A DNA stretch of 64,000 nt from Podarcis pityusensis (lineage: Eukaryota): the NCBI GenBank assembly GCA_964106645.2, contig OZ067040.1. The stretch is one strand, 5' to 3'. Below the pieces are notes generated by a model. That model had not been told where the DNA came from. It worked only from the letters and a program-made list of their open reading frames with translations, and made no database searches. Below, one piece after another: positions 1 to 11,832 of this stretch (position 1 is the stretch's first letter; the number at the start of each line of letters is the position of its first letter). A program made the translations under genes and the position numbers.

Positions 1-53
1 TAGCTCCCAGACAATAATCTATGCATCTTAACTACAGCTAGCATTGTACACTT

Positions 54-180
54 ATGGCATACGTTTTCATTGGGTAGAGTCCACTTCATGAGGTGCATGA
101 AAAATGTTTTGGTCTGTATTGTACCCAAATACAGATTTAAGATGTACGCTTTCATGGAGGAGGTTCCACTTCATCAAAAG
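54..180 (-). other. Two tandem decayed minimal hammerhead-ribozyme-like motifs (Penelope-like element relic)
   Basis: Minus strand reads GCAC-CTCATGA-AGTGG..CCAAT-GAAA-ACGTA-TGC (98->57) and TTGATGA-AGTGGA-ACCTCC-TCCAT-GAAA-GCGTA (177->145). Both resemble the reptile consensus GCAT-CTGATGA-AGTGGG..CCCAC-GAAA-GCTTA-TGC. Each core has one substitution. Confidence 0.5.
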
Positions 181-770
181 ATATGGCAACTGACAAGTGA
201 ATTGCCACAGAAGCTAACATTGGATACCACCCAAAGCTTTCTGGTGAGCAGGAGACTCCACCTACTAATTGAGAAAATTTTCAAGCACTTGTGGAAACTT
301 TTTATGTGTCAGCTTAATGGACCTTAAACTAGATGTTGCAGTTGTGAATATCTTGGTTTTAAAGCCAGTAACCAAGCGGCTGAGCTGAATGGAATGTTTG
401 CATTCAAACTTTTGTTCCATTGTTTAAACAGGATAAATGGATTTCAGTTTTGCCAAATATTTTACACTGTATAAATCACTCTAAGCCATGGAAGATTTTG
501 CTGAAAGAATTAATTTCTGCATGACAACACTTGTCAACACTTTCCCATTGATTTTTTTTTTTTTTAAAGAAGGCACTTAAGACTGCTCTTGTGGGAGAGG
601 TTATGATGTAGTTTATGAAGTGAAGAGAAGCTGAGCTTCCTACAAACCTATGTGTAGCTTAATTTGTGGGTAAGATGGTTTAAGAGAGGTCTCCTCGACT
701 TCCCTACCTGCTTATCTATCCATATGCCAGTAGGTTGCTACCTTGACAGTAGGTGGCTATCTGTCTATCT

Positions 771-943
771 NNNNNNNNNNNNNNNNNNNNNNNNNNNNNN
801 NNNNNNNNNNNNNNNNNNNNNNNNNNNNNNNNNNNNNNNNNNNNNNNNNNNNNNNNNNNNNNNNNNNNNNNNNNNNNNNNNNNNNNNNNNNNNNNNNNNN
901 NNNNNNNNNNNNNNNNNNNNNNNNNNNNNNNNNNNNNNNNNNN
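771..943. other. Assembly gap (173 N)
   Basis: Run of N preceded by TATC/TGTC microsatellite-like sequence. Confidence 0.99.
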
Positions 944-3079
944 TTTGTCGTTTTGGTTATTTTTCAAATAACCTCTTAACTTACTTCATTCTGATTTGTT
1001 CACATGCTAAGAGGGTGAACAAGAGGTTGAAAAGGGTTGAAAAACAATAATCAACTGTAAGGCCAGACACTCGCTCATCTTAATTCACTTCTCTTTTGCC
1101 TTGAGACAGGGAATCATAACACAAAAAGAAGATTGCTATCTCTGATGCCTTAAAGTAAGTCGCATTTTCATAAAGACACACATAGTGATTTGCAAAAATA
1201 TCTGAGGCAGTGGGGCATATAGCGCCTGTGTTTCCCCCAAATCTGCTCCTGGGGGTTGGGAGACCTTCCTGAGCATATTTAAGGATGTGTCAGAGCCTGC
1301 AAGGGGAAAACGAGGAAGCGGAAGTATTATTGTGCACATGCAATATTGGGTTTTATTTATTTATGTAAGAAATATATGCCCTCCTTTTCAGTTTTCATCT
1401 CAAAGCAGCTTACAGAAAAGATACAGCACACAACAGCAAGATTTAAAAGGTAGAATAAAACATGAGAACAACATTCACACTGCAAAGGCCTCCTGAAATA
1501 AAACTGAAACTTAGCATGGATGATGCCTGCCTCATATCTAATGGGAAGGGGCAGGAGATGACCAGGGGTGTGGTCTGTGTGCAAGCAGGCCTGCAGAAAA
1601 GGAGGAGGAGGCATGGGCATTGGAATGAAGATGAAAGTGGGTGCAAAGAAAGCCTGCAGACTAGACAAGAGAAATACCTTCATAAATGAGGTTTCAAAGG
1701 GGGAAAGGGAGCTTAGTATTGCATGGGGTGGGAAGGAAAAGCTCTGGCAGGGGCAGAGGGTTGGCAAGCAGTGAGCAGATGTGCAGCCCCTAGTAAACAA
1801 TAATAATTTAAACAGGCACCACCATGTATAGTCAATGGCTTCATGCTAGAGAACAGAAACCACAGATTTTACAGATATTTGTTCCAAAAGCTGAATTAGA
1901 AACAGATTTCTGCCACTTTCAGGCTTTATTTTCAGTTGTATAAAACAATTAAATTCAGTTAAATGATCATGTCCAGGCTATTAATTTACCTTCTAATAAA
2001 GGAATATTTATAAAGAATCATTATGTCAAATCAAACGAATATTCAGCTTCATCAGTTCAATCAATAGGAACCAAATCACAGGTACAGTAGTTTGGGAGGG
2101 AAGGGAAGAAAGTAACCCACAGGTGTGAGCTAAAGTCATTAAAATGCCTGAACCACTGTGCCAGAGCTTCATAAATCTCGTAACATGGAATATAATCAGA
2201 AGGAGGTATGCTATTATGGTATAGATATTTTACAGTGGAATCCTATGTATGCTATGTATTCAGAATGAAGTATGCCTCACTGTATTCAATGGGATTCATT
2301 CCAAGGTGTCTGTGTGGGATTGTGGCCAGGAGCAGAGAGTGTGATGGGGCCCTGCGGCTCACCCGACCTCCAGTTGGTTGTGTCACTGCTGCTTACTGGG
2401 AGGCAGAGGGGTGGGACAAGGCGGTGACAAATGCACCAGTGGGAGCACCAGATTGGCCCCACCAGTGCCTCTTCTCCACGCTGTACTCGCCACCACCTCA
2501 CCCCTCCACCTCTTTCATCAGGTAAGCAGCAGCGGCATGGCTGCCCAGAGTTCAGGTGAGCAATGGCAGTCCATCATGCCATCTGCTACTTATTGCAGGA
2601 TTAAAGATACAAGAAGATAGCACTTAACTTAGCAAGTTTATTGTGCATCTGTATTCTACATATAGCATCTATCGTCAGTGCCATATATGCTTTATCGTTT
2701 CCGTGATGCTAGTTTAGCTTTCAGAACTAGTATGTTCTAGGAAAGAAATCAAATTGTTTCAAGTGAATGCCTCTAGCTACATTAGAAAATCATTTACTTT
2801 CACACCTTTCATTTCTCCACTTTGAAAAGCAAGGAGTGAATTTGTGACTCTTAGGCTTTCTTGGGTAATTCCAGTTCTCAGCTGTCAATCAGCATTAAAG
2901 CCAAAAAATATCTCAGTTGTCAATGGAAGAATCATGCAGTTTTTGGACAGCCCCATAGGTCAGTCATAGCCCAGAGCTCTGTTTAGGCATTCCTGTTTGT
3001 GAGCGGGTGGGGTTGCAGATAGAGATGGAGGGAATCAGGCTGCACCCACTTTGCCTTATATGCACATAGGTACATAGGT

Positions 3080-3411
3080 CTAAACCACAGAGCCTAGGAC
3101 TTGTCGATCAGAGGGTCGACGGTTCGAATCCCTGCGACAGGGTGAGCTCCTGTTGCTCGGTCCCTGCTCCTGCCAACCTAGCAGTTCAAAAGCATGTCAA
3201 AGTGCAAGTAGATAAATAGGTACCGCTCCAGTGGGAAAGTAAACGGCGTTTCTGTGCACTGCTCTGGTTCGCCAGAAGCGGCTTAGTCATGCTGGCCACA
3301 TGACCCAGAAACTGTACGCCGGCTCCCTTGGCCAATAAAGCGAGATGAGCACCGCAACCCCAGAATTGTCTGGAACTGGACCTAACAGTCAGGGGTCCCT
3401 TTACCTTTACA
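3080..3411 (+). mobile_element. Sauria SINE (Squam1), slightly 5'-truncated
   Basis: taaaccacagagcctaggacttg...ggttcgaatccc (B box)...gtgcaagtagataaataggtacc...caggggtccctttacctttac tail; near-identical to copies at 18810 and 32497. Confidence 0.9.
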
Positions 3412-5365
3412 TCAATATACCCAATACACATACCCAACTATGCATAGGCTCTCATTATTTATCCTATTTAAAAAATGAAGGCTGCAGATCAAGCATAGGA
3501 GTCAACAGGTGCTTGGTTGTCTATGTATAGGCACAATGCACCCAGAACCCACCCTTAAAAAACATTGATGTCAAAGGCATGACCGCTGGGCATAAGCTAG
3601 TGTGCACCTGTGCTTTGTATACATGTGAGGGCTCATGTGATTTGCATGTATTAAGGTAGCTTCTACATGGTAACTAAATCAGGTAGAAAGGCTGTGAAAG
3701 ACTTGTGCTCAATGGTGGTTCTCATAGTCACCTGAATTTTTTTTCTAAGCATAACAATTTCTTTTCCCTTCATTTGGAATGCCTGCCCCACATTTATTTT
3801 ATTTATTTTTTTAAAGCTGAACAACATTAATTAAGAATAAATGAATGGTAGGATGTAGAACACAGCTATAGGCATCTTTATTTGCTCTCATTTTCATCAA
3901 GAGTCTCTCACACAAAGGTTAGCAACTACCCTTTATTCCTTTTTATTTTGTAAAAGGGTAAATGTAGTTAACTGGGGGAAATCACACCCCAGGGCCCACT
4001 GCTTTACTCCTTCAAATTGGGCCAGTTCTTTTGCCCGTCTTGCCGTGGACTATGGAAACCAAGGAATCCAGCTTTTGCTGCCAAAAGTTTAGACTGACTC
4101 TATAAAAAGGTTCCGTCTTGCCAAATTAAGAGAACACAAAGGCCTGTATTGGTTCACATGGAAGCAGGTAGGTGCCACAGATTCTATGCCGATAAGCACA
4201 GCAGATAAGCTGTTGTTTGCAACTAGTTGCCAGGCTTTCAAAAAACAGGAGACAGGACTAATAGGGATGGAATTTTCTGGTGCCTTGCTTATCAATATCC
4301 TTGATCTTAATGAGAAGCAATTTTTTAAAGAACCAATTTCTCAAAATATACAAACAACTCTAGTATGTTATATGCACTACTATACATATAATATTATATA
4401 TATATTATATGCATGTACTACTCCAGTTTTCCTAAGGTAACCAGCACATAAATAAATGTAACAAGTATAAAAATACTTACAGATCAATACTTATACACCC
4501 ATGTTGCAGCAATGCACAACCAAATGGACTTGCCTCTTGTGTATGTATAATACATATAATAGACAAATGTTTAGTGTAGAATTTTGCACAGAATTAGTCA
4601 TGTGCTTTTTAAAAAGGGGGGCAATCCACAAGGGGTTCAGACACAAGCAGGCACATAGTGAAAGATGGAGTTTGATGTGGAAAAGGTCAGTTCCGTTGTA
4701 ATGGTCAAATTCTGTTTAAACTCTTCTTCAACCCTATAATAATAATACTGGTTCTCTCCCCCCCCCCCCTTTTTGCTCAATTATTCAGCAAGCATTCCAT
4801 ATTTTTTATGTTTCTTACTAGTTATGGTCAGTGTCTCTATATCTTTCTTTCAGCCTTTTGTGGCTTCCTGCTTAAACCACAGCTTCTGAAACATACTACC
4901 TTTGTACTATTGGAGGGTGGCTGCTAATCTCTTTATTTTTATTAGCCTTTACCAGCATTATTCACAACCTGCGTGCAACGTATGATGGTCTGATGATATC
5001 GGCTTCATCTAACTCCAGGCAAATTCAAGCCACAGCAGGTATATCTCAAGATGAAGATAAATTACTTCAATGAACTTTGCTCCAAGGTATTTCTTTCTTT
5101 CTTTTTTCATTTTTCTTTCACAGATCCTAGCTGGTTAGACAATGTTTGTTCCACTATACTTATGTAATTACAGCTATTGCTTGCAGATCCTACATATGTT
5201 CCTCTGTGTGTGCACTGTTTTCAAGCTCACATGCAATTCACATGCAATCGTGCCTCAAAGAGTGAACAGGCAATCCAGGTTGAGTTGCAGTAGGTGTGGC
5301 CAACAAGACTGTGGTGCTCCCTTTTTCCACAAAAACCATTCCTACAAGTGAGGTTTGTTTTGGCC

Positions 5366-5501
5366 CAGGCATAGGCAAACTCGGCCCTCCAGATGTTTGG
5401 AGACTACAATTTCCATCATCCCTGACCACTGGTCCTGTTAGCTAGGGATCATGGGAGTTGTAGTCCGAAAACATCTGGAAGGCTGAGTTTGCCTATGCCT
5501 G
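5366..5501. mobile_element. hAT-type palindromic MITE with perfect 8-bp TSD
   Basis: TIRs CAGGCATAGGCAAACTC / GAGTTTGCCTATGCCTG; TSD TTTTGGCC at 5358-5365 and 5502-5509; internal GACTACAATTTCCATCA inverted arms. Confidence 0.9.
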
Positions 5502-5880
5502 TTTTGGCCCCTTGTTAGTTCTGCTTCCTTGCCTGTTTTCCCCAGCAACATGGTCAATCCTAGACTTAGGCTGTTTTTTAAATGAGGGGCTCCTAGTCCT
5601 ACCTGATCATTGCTACATGTAGAATTGCAAATGGCTTTCTACCCTGTTGCATTCCCACCCCCCACCCCTATATGTACATCCTGCAATGTTCTGTCCACAC
5701 CAGTAGGCATGGCATAGCTGCTGTGGGTGGGAACATTTGCAGCTCAGCAGACATTCACTATAATGTGATGAGTGCCATTTTATCACAGTGTTTCTATTTT
5801 TGTTTTTGAATTTCTCTAAAACACTTTCCCTTGGTTGTTTAAATGAAAGAAAGATACAGCACTATAATGGTATAATGCTG

Positions 5881-6018
5881 TTGTGCTTTTATTTTTCAGC
5901 CGGAACTCGCCACAACTCAGTTCTGGCACCTCTCAGGTAGGTGCCATTGCCATTATAAGAGAACAAGGGGGTGTTCATGGTGAGTTCCAGCACTTCTTTT
6001 TCTAGAAAAATAGCTCTG
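5881..6018. mobile_element. Short non-autonomous DNA transposon (lizard MITE, probably hAT)
   Basis: Imperfect inverted ends gtgcttttatttt / aaaaatagctctg; internal repeated ggaactc / gagttcc(a/g)gcac motifs. Confidence 0.55.
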
Positions 6019-6080
6019 GCTGTAACATTATGCTATAATAAGGCTATGACAGATTGATGTTATAAAACTGTTTCTCCTTG

Positions 6081-6081
6081 G

Positions 6082-6154
<73 letters not shown>
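6081..6154. repeat. Compound microsatellite (GT)n(GATA)n
   Basis: Directly visible. Confidence 0.97.
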
Positions 6155-7015
6155 TGGTAGATATAGAGTTGCTCTGCTGGGGCAATTAACACCATTTACC
6201 TTCTCCTCAGCCCTTTTTCTCCCCCTACTGCAGTTAATTGCTTGACTGCCCAACTGCTCTTTAAGTAGCAAAGCGTGTTCTCCCTAAAATGAGAGCACGG
6301 GTTGCGGTGTGGGCCGCCAGGCCAGCCCTCTGTTACCAGGCAGGTTAATGGCTATTGCCTGGTGCAACGACTGGCTGACCGGGTTGCTGGGGCAAATTGC
6401 ATGTAGCAAATTGGTGGGTGGGACCATAGTCTTTAAATATTGGGACACTCTGCCTTTTGCTTTCTCTTTAGCAGAGTGCATCAGATCTTTAAGTAGCAAG
6501 TGCTTCTCCTTCTTTAAACGTTAGTTTCATTTTCCCCTCTCTGAGCTTCTCTGGGATGCTGCTTTATGCATTTCTGTTGCAAGAGCAAATTTGGGGCGTG
6601 ACCGACAGGTGACTGTATGATTTTTTACAAACCTAATAGTTGAAATGCATAATTGTCTCTCATTCCAGTGACTAACTTTCCAAGTGAGAGCCAGCCCTGT
6701 CACAGAGATGGGACATACATTTTCTCTTCACAGATTTCAGTAGCTTAAGAGGGGAGACACCGGAGATTGGATGACCGTAGGAATTTCCTTTATGGCCACT
6801 AGGTATTTATGTATATTTGTAAAATGCAAGCTGTGTTTACGTCAATATATATTAACAATACTGCACCAAGCATTTTTAATCATAGAATTATCCAGTATTT
6901 CAATATTCCCATTCATGTTCCCTGGGTAAAGTTGGCAACAGAGGAAAGGGGATGTTTGCAATATATAATTTTTTCATAATAATGTGAAGGCATAGCAGAC
7001 CCTTTTGTAGACCCA

Positions 7016-7125
7016 CCAGGTTGAATCCCTGGCATCTTCCTGGAAAACTATTGCCAGTCAATGTTGGCAGTGCTGAACTAGATGGACCAATAAGCCCGAC
7101 TCTGTGTAAGGCAGCTTCCTATGTT
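7016..7125 (+). mobile_element. Fragment of tRNA-derived squamate SINE
   Basis: caggttgaatccctggcatc...ctagatggaccaat...aaggcagcttcctatgtt, same family as 15785-15972. Confidence 0.65.
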
Positions 7126-7330
7126 ATCAGGACCTTGTTGGTTTTTAGACATCTTTTAAATATCTCTTTTGTTTCAATGGACTTTTAGTGTGCAATTTTA
7201 AATTTGATGCTTTTAAAGGTTTTCTCTCTGAGGCTTTGAAATGTTAAGATTTTATTTGACTTTTGTGCTGCTGTCAGATTGCATGTTTTGGTTTTAAATT
7301 CTTTTACTGTAGTTGTATCAATAGTGTATA

Positions 7331-7556
7331 CAGTGGTACCTCGGGTTACATACGCTTCAGGTTACAGCCTCCGCTAACCCAGACATAGTGTTTCAGGTTA
7401 AGAACTTTGCTTCAGGATAAGAACAGAAATCGGGCTCCGGCAGCCCGGCGGCAGCAGGAGGCCCCATTAGCTAATTTGGTGCTTCAGGTTAAGAACAGTT
7501 TCACCTTAAGAACGGACCTCCAGAACGAATTAAGTACTTAACCCGAGGTACCACTG
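7331..7556 (+). mobile_element. Tc1/mariner (pogo/Tigger-like) MITE
   Basis: TIR CAGTGGTACCTCGGGTTA / TAACCCGAGGTACCACTG flanked by TA; internal cttcaggtta repeats; 5 close copies in window. Confidence 0.9.
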
Positions 7557-7937
7557 TATATGCTTTTTAATTCTGCATGCCTCTTTGTTTAATTTTTCAG
7601 AAGAGGAAGAAGGTGTGTCAATGCATATGAATTTAAGCTCGTGAAAACCACCATGATCCTGAAACTATATATTGAAAAGTAAGCATTACAATATTCTACG
7701 GAGGGATGTGAAAGTACAGCCAGGTGAGCTGCCTTTTCTGCTTGCAGGGCCAGGATAATAGTACCATTCTGTATTATTACACCATTACTGTTGGGAATAT
7801 ATTGTCCCTAGGGCACATGTGCCAGCAGTGCGCAGGCCTCAGGAGTGGACTGTAAATCATGTCACTTTCTTCTGAGAGCTCACAAGAGGTTCCCCCTTCC
7901 CACTCACTGCAAGTCTCACTGGAGCATCCTGTTCCTT

Positions 7938-7955
7938 AAGACCCTCTAGTGGCAG
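7938..7955 (-). promoter_or_regulatory. CTCF-like motif
   Basis: Minus strand CTGCCACTAGAGGGTCTT vs consensus CCASYAGRKGGCRS. Confidence 0.45.
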
Positions 7956-8914
7956 GTGCTTACAGACTTCCCTGTAACTGCAGCGACACGTCTCTGTCTA
8001 GAATGATCACCTTGGGGAACTGTCTCTCATTTACTTTATGAGATTATTCCTGTCATCTTTATTAGGGGAAGTGGTGAATCTCCTGTGTTAATTACATTTG
8101 GGTGCCCCCAGGGGCCTGGCTTCAGCGGGGACGGCTTTCTAAGGAATGTAGGAAGTTTAGAATTCACTCCATCCTTCATCAAAATCCTCCATCCTTCTGA
8201 TCAGTTATCTTGCCGATTCTTGAACGCATTCGATCATCTTGTTAATTAATACCTCTACAGTGTGATATTCCACTGTCCCCCAGGACTGGGAAAGACCCTT
8301 TAGCTCACCTGTATGCTAGATGAGTTTGATCCAAGGCATGACAAGCTTCACCAAGCTGTGCTTCAGCTTACACAAGTTGAGGGATATGCCTCTTGCCTCC
8401 ATGTCAGAGCTCCTGGTCTTCACCCACAGTGTGACTGGCAGAAATCCAAAATGTGGAACGAGCTGAAGAAGAAGAAGAAGCAAGATTCATCTACCTTCAA
8501 AACTTTTGTTTCAATTGTCATTACTATTTTTTAGTGCAAGAGATATTTGGCTTGTTGGTTGTATATTCAAAAATACATAATAAAAATCAAGATGTTTAAC
8601 ATTTTATAGATGATGTTTATTACTTTGAGTTATAATGAATTAAAAACTAAGACTAGTGTCAGTCACAAAATGGCCACTGAGTACGACTGGACAAGTTACT
8701 GTAGTTATATGTAGTTCCTGTATTTACATGAAAACCAATAAAAATTATTGGGCAGGGGTGGGGACAAAATGGCCACTGTGAGGTGTGTGGTGTAGCACAC
8801 AGTGTGTGCCATGGCGGGGTGTGTGTGGCATAGTACAAAATGAGAGAGAAGAGAGACATCACTACTTGCCCCCATGCTTACCTCATGCTTAGTGGCCAAC
8901 TGCATTCTGTCTTG

Positions 8915-9300
8915 CACATGCTCACACATGCACACAGGCCTGTCTCTCTCCCTCTCACACGCAAATTTCATATACAGTATACACATATATGTCTCTCTTT
9001 CCTGGCCCCTGGTGCATCTTTCCGCCACTCTCACACACATGCATACATGCCTCACGCCTCTCTAACACAAACACACCATACATACATACATACATACATA
9101 CATCCCTCTCTGTCCAAGTACACGTCCCCCCTCACTGACCTAGCATACATACAGCCTTTTCTCTCACATGCACAGAAAACATAAGAGATCACTTCCTCCC
9201 TCCTTCACACAGACCCTGCAAATATATATTTCCTCTCTCTCACAAATCACACAGTTTCTCTCTCTCTCTCTCTCTTTCACACACACACACACACACACAA
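8915..9300. repeat. CA/CT-rich low-complexity tract with (CATA)n, (CT)n and (CA)n
   Basis: Directly visible. Confidence 0.85.
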
Positions 9301-9412
9301 CTTGAGCTCACATCCCCATCCAGAATATTTCCTCCCTGGAGTAAAGGAGCCACCCACCACCAGCTTCACATTGCTGACAAACAATGGTAGCCTGAATGCA
9401 CAGGGATACCTC

Positions 9413-9494
9413 TAGGGTTGCCATACTTCCCCGGGGAATCCCACCTTTGAAATCCTGGTAATGTCTGGGAAGATCTGGACATATGGCAGCCCTA
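9413..9494. mobile_element. Small hAT-type MITE (TAGGGTTGCCA ends)
   Basis: TAGGGTTGCCATA ... TATGGCAGCCCTA inverted ends. Confidence 0.6.
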
Positions 9495-10119
9495 CTCTTC
9501 CCTCCCTACTAACTTTTGGGGACAAAGCTATTTACCTCTGGTGGCCTGAACAAAGGAGCTGGTATTCTGTTCTGGAGCATCCCACTAGAAAAACCCACAC
9601 ACATTTGCCATTTACTATCATTGTTAATTTGCTTTTGGGTATTCATATAACACCTGTGTTATAACTGCAGTATCATCTGAGGCTGGGAGCCATGGATACA
9701 AGACAGAAATGGCAGATGAAAAGGGGGGCGGGGGGAGTCTACTTTGTTATATATTGGAATAACAGCATTTTAAAAGTTCATCTGCTTTTAACTTGATGCA
9801 AAAATGACCACTCCCAGAGGCCTTTTAATTTTTACTACTTTTCAGAAACTGTGATAAAGGAGGTGGCTTCCTGGCTTCCCAAATTTGGGGTTAAAGCTTA
9901 TCAGCTGTTGGGTTTCATGACTTCAGTCTTGGTTATTCTCAAGCATCACTCTGAAGATTTGTGATGGAACTAGGAATAAAATCCAGACCTTCGTGTATCA
10001 TTCAGTCTCCCATGTCTGCTGAAATGGAAAAAGAAATGGCAATATGCTCCTTCCCACAAGGGGATGCATTTCCCCCGAATACACTTAAGACAAGATGGCT
10101 CGCCTGGTGCCTTTGTTAA

Positions 10120-10277
10120 TAGGGTTGCCAAATTTCAAAAAGTAAAATTCCTCCCCCCAATATGGTGATTTTAAGCCATACACCCAGGTTTTCCCTGACA
10201 TTTTGCCGATTCGGCATTTTTGCCCTCGTCATTTTTATACCCAAACGCCAGGACATGTCAGGAATATGGCAAGCTTA
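10120..10277. mobile_element. hAT-type MITE (TAGGGTTGCCA ends)
   Basis: TAGGGTTGCCA ... TGGCAAGCTTA inverted ends; flanking ttgttaa / ttgttac resembles a decayed TSD. Confidence 0.6.
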
Positions 10278-10837
10278 TTGTTACATATCTTTAGGCACCA
10301 GGCAAAAACATTTCTTTTCCCCTGGTCTATGGCTTTCAAACTGGGTGTGTTTTTGTTTGTTACTATGGTGTGCATTTTAGTGCTTTTATATTGTAAACCA
10401 TCCTGCAATCGTTGGATGAAGGGCGGTATAGAAATGTAATAAATAATAATAAATAATATTAATAAGACAACTCTGGGCAGTGCATGGCAGGATCCCTTTG
10501 TTGTTTCTCTGTGAAAAATCCTAGCAAAGTAATTTGCAATACAACAGTACTGCAATGCAACAGAATCCTGTGGTGCAATTTTTTGCACCCAGCTATTTAG
10601 GCGTTGCTTTGTTCCATCTGCCTTTTAGGACACTGGTGACGAGAGTAATGAATAGTGTGAGCCACTTGGTTATTAGCTCTCCCTCCCTCCTCCCTTCTGC
10701 CTTTCATTATGGTAACTTTACATGTACTTTTAATTTGTGTGCAGACAGGTACAAAAGCATAACCGGATATACCTGTTATTTGCCAATGACCTGAGAGAGT
10801 TTAGTTTATGTTAAGCCTGGGGTTATGTCAGAGTTTG

Positions 10838-10984
10838 CACGCAATTCCCCAATAGATTTGCTGCAGGCAATTAGTGGATAGTGGTGTTGGAAGGGGGAGG
10901 AAGGCTTTAAAGTGACAGAACTTTATTTCATTCTCCTTTAGTCTTTTCAAGCACGCAACCAACTTACTTTTATTCTGCACGCAG
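10838..10984. promoter_or_regulatory. Candidate distal AhR/ARNT enhancer (3 XREs)
   Basis: CACGCAA at 10838-10844 and 10952-10958 (TTGCGTG), CACGCAG at 10978-10984, in CpG-poor non-repeat DNA about 6.4 kb upstream of CYP1B1 exon 1. Confidence 0.55.
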
Positions 10985-11579
10985 GCAAAGTTACACATTC
11001 TGCTCAGGAAAAGATATGTATAATTTAAACCATATTAAGTTAGGAAAGAATTTGTTGCAATTTGTTAACAATCCCGGCAGCAGCTAACCTTGTGAGTGCT
11101 TTTCTTTCTCTCTCTCTCTCTCTCTCTTTTTAAAAAAATGACTGTTGTAAAAGCCAGGCTCCTAATAGCTCAGAGACTATGGGATGGCAACGTGCTGTGC
11201 TTTGTTAATGCAGGATCATGTGTTGCTTTCTCCATGTGATTTGGTCAGGCACACAATCTTAAAGCCCAGTTCTGTGTGTGTTTTACTCAGAAATAAATCT
11301 CACAGAGGTCAGTTTTACTTCTCACACTGGACGTGTGCAGCCTCTACAATGAATTTCAGGAAATCCTGCTCAAGGATGAAAAAAATGTGTAACTCAAATG
11401 CACGCAGAGCATGTTGATTCAAATATACTTTATTTATATCACTTGTCTTCTGGCACACCAAATTGTGAATGACTTTGAAAAAAGAGAACATGAGATAAAT
11501 TATGTTCAAATATAAATTCTGTTTCTGATGATATCAAATATTTGTGACAGTAACAAAATTTGGGTGGGACAGTTTATTC

Positions 11580-11832
11580 CATAGGTAGGCAAACTAAGGC
11601 CCGGGGGCCGGATTTGGCCCAATCGCCTTCTAAATCCAGCCCACGGACGGTCCGGGCATCAGCGTGTTTTTACATGAGTAGAATGTGTCCTTTTATTTAA
11701 AATGCTTCTCTGGGTTATTTGTGGGGCATAGGAATTTGTTCATTTTTTTTTTTTTCAAAATACAGTCCGGCCCCCCACAAGGTCTGAAGGACAGTGGACT
11801 GGCCCCCTGCTGAAAAGGTTTGCTGACCCCTG
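11580..11832. mobile_element. Non-autonomous hAT-Charlie element (OposCharlie/URR1-like)
   Basis: Ends CATAGGTAGGCAAAC / GTTTGCTGACCCCTG; perfect 8-bp TSD GTTTATTC (11572-11579, 11833-11840); ggccc subterminal repeats. Confidence 0.85.

Noticed and set aside
664-1050. ORFs spanning the N gap (also 57552-57859)
   Set aside because: Artefacts of undetermined bases
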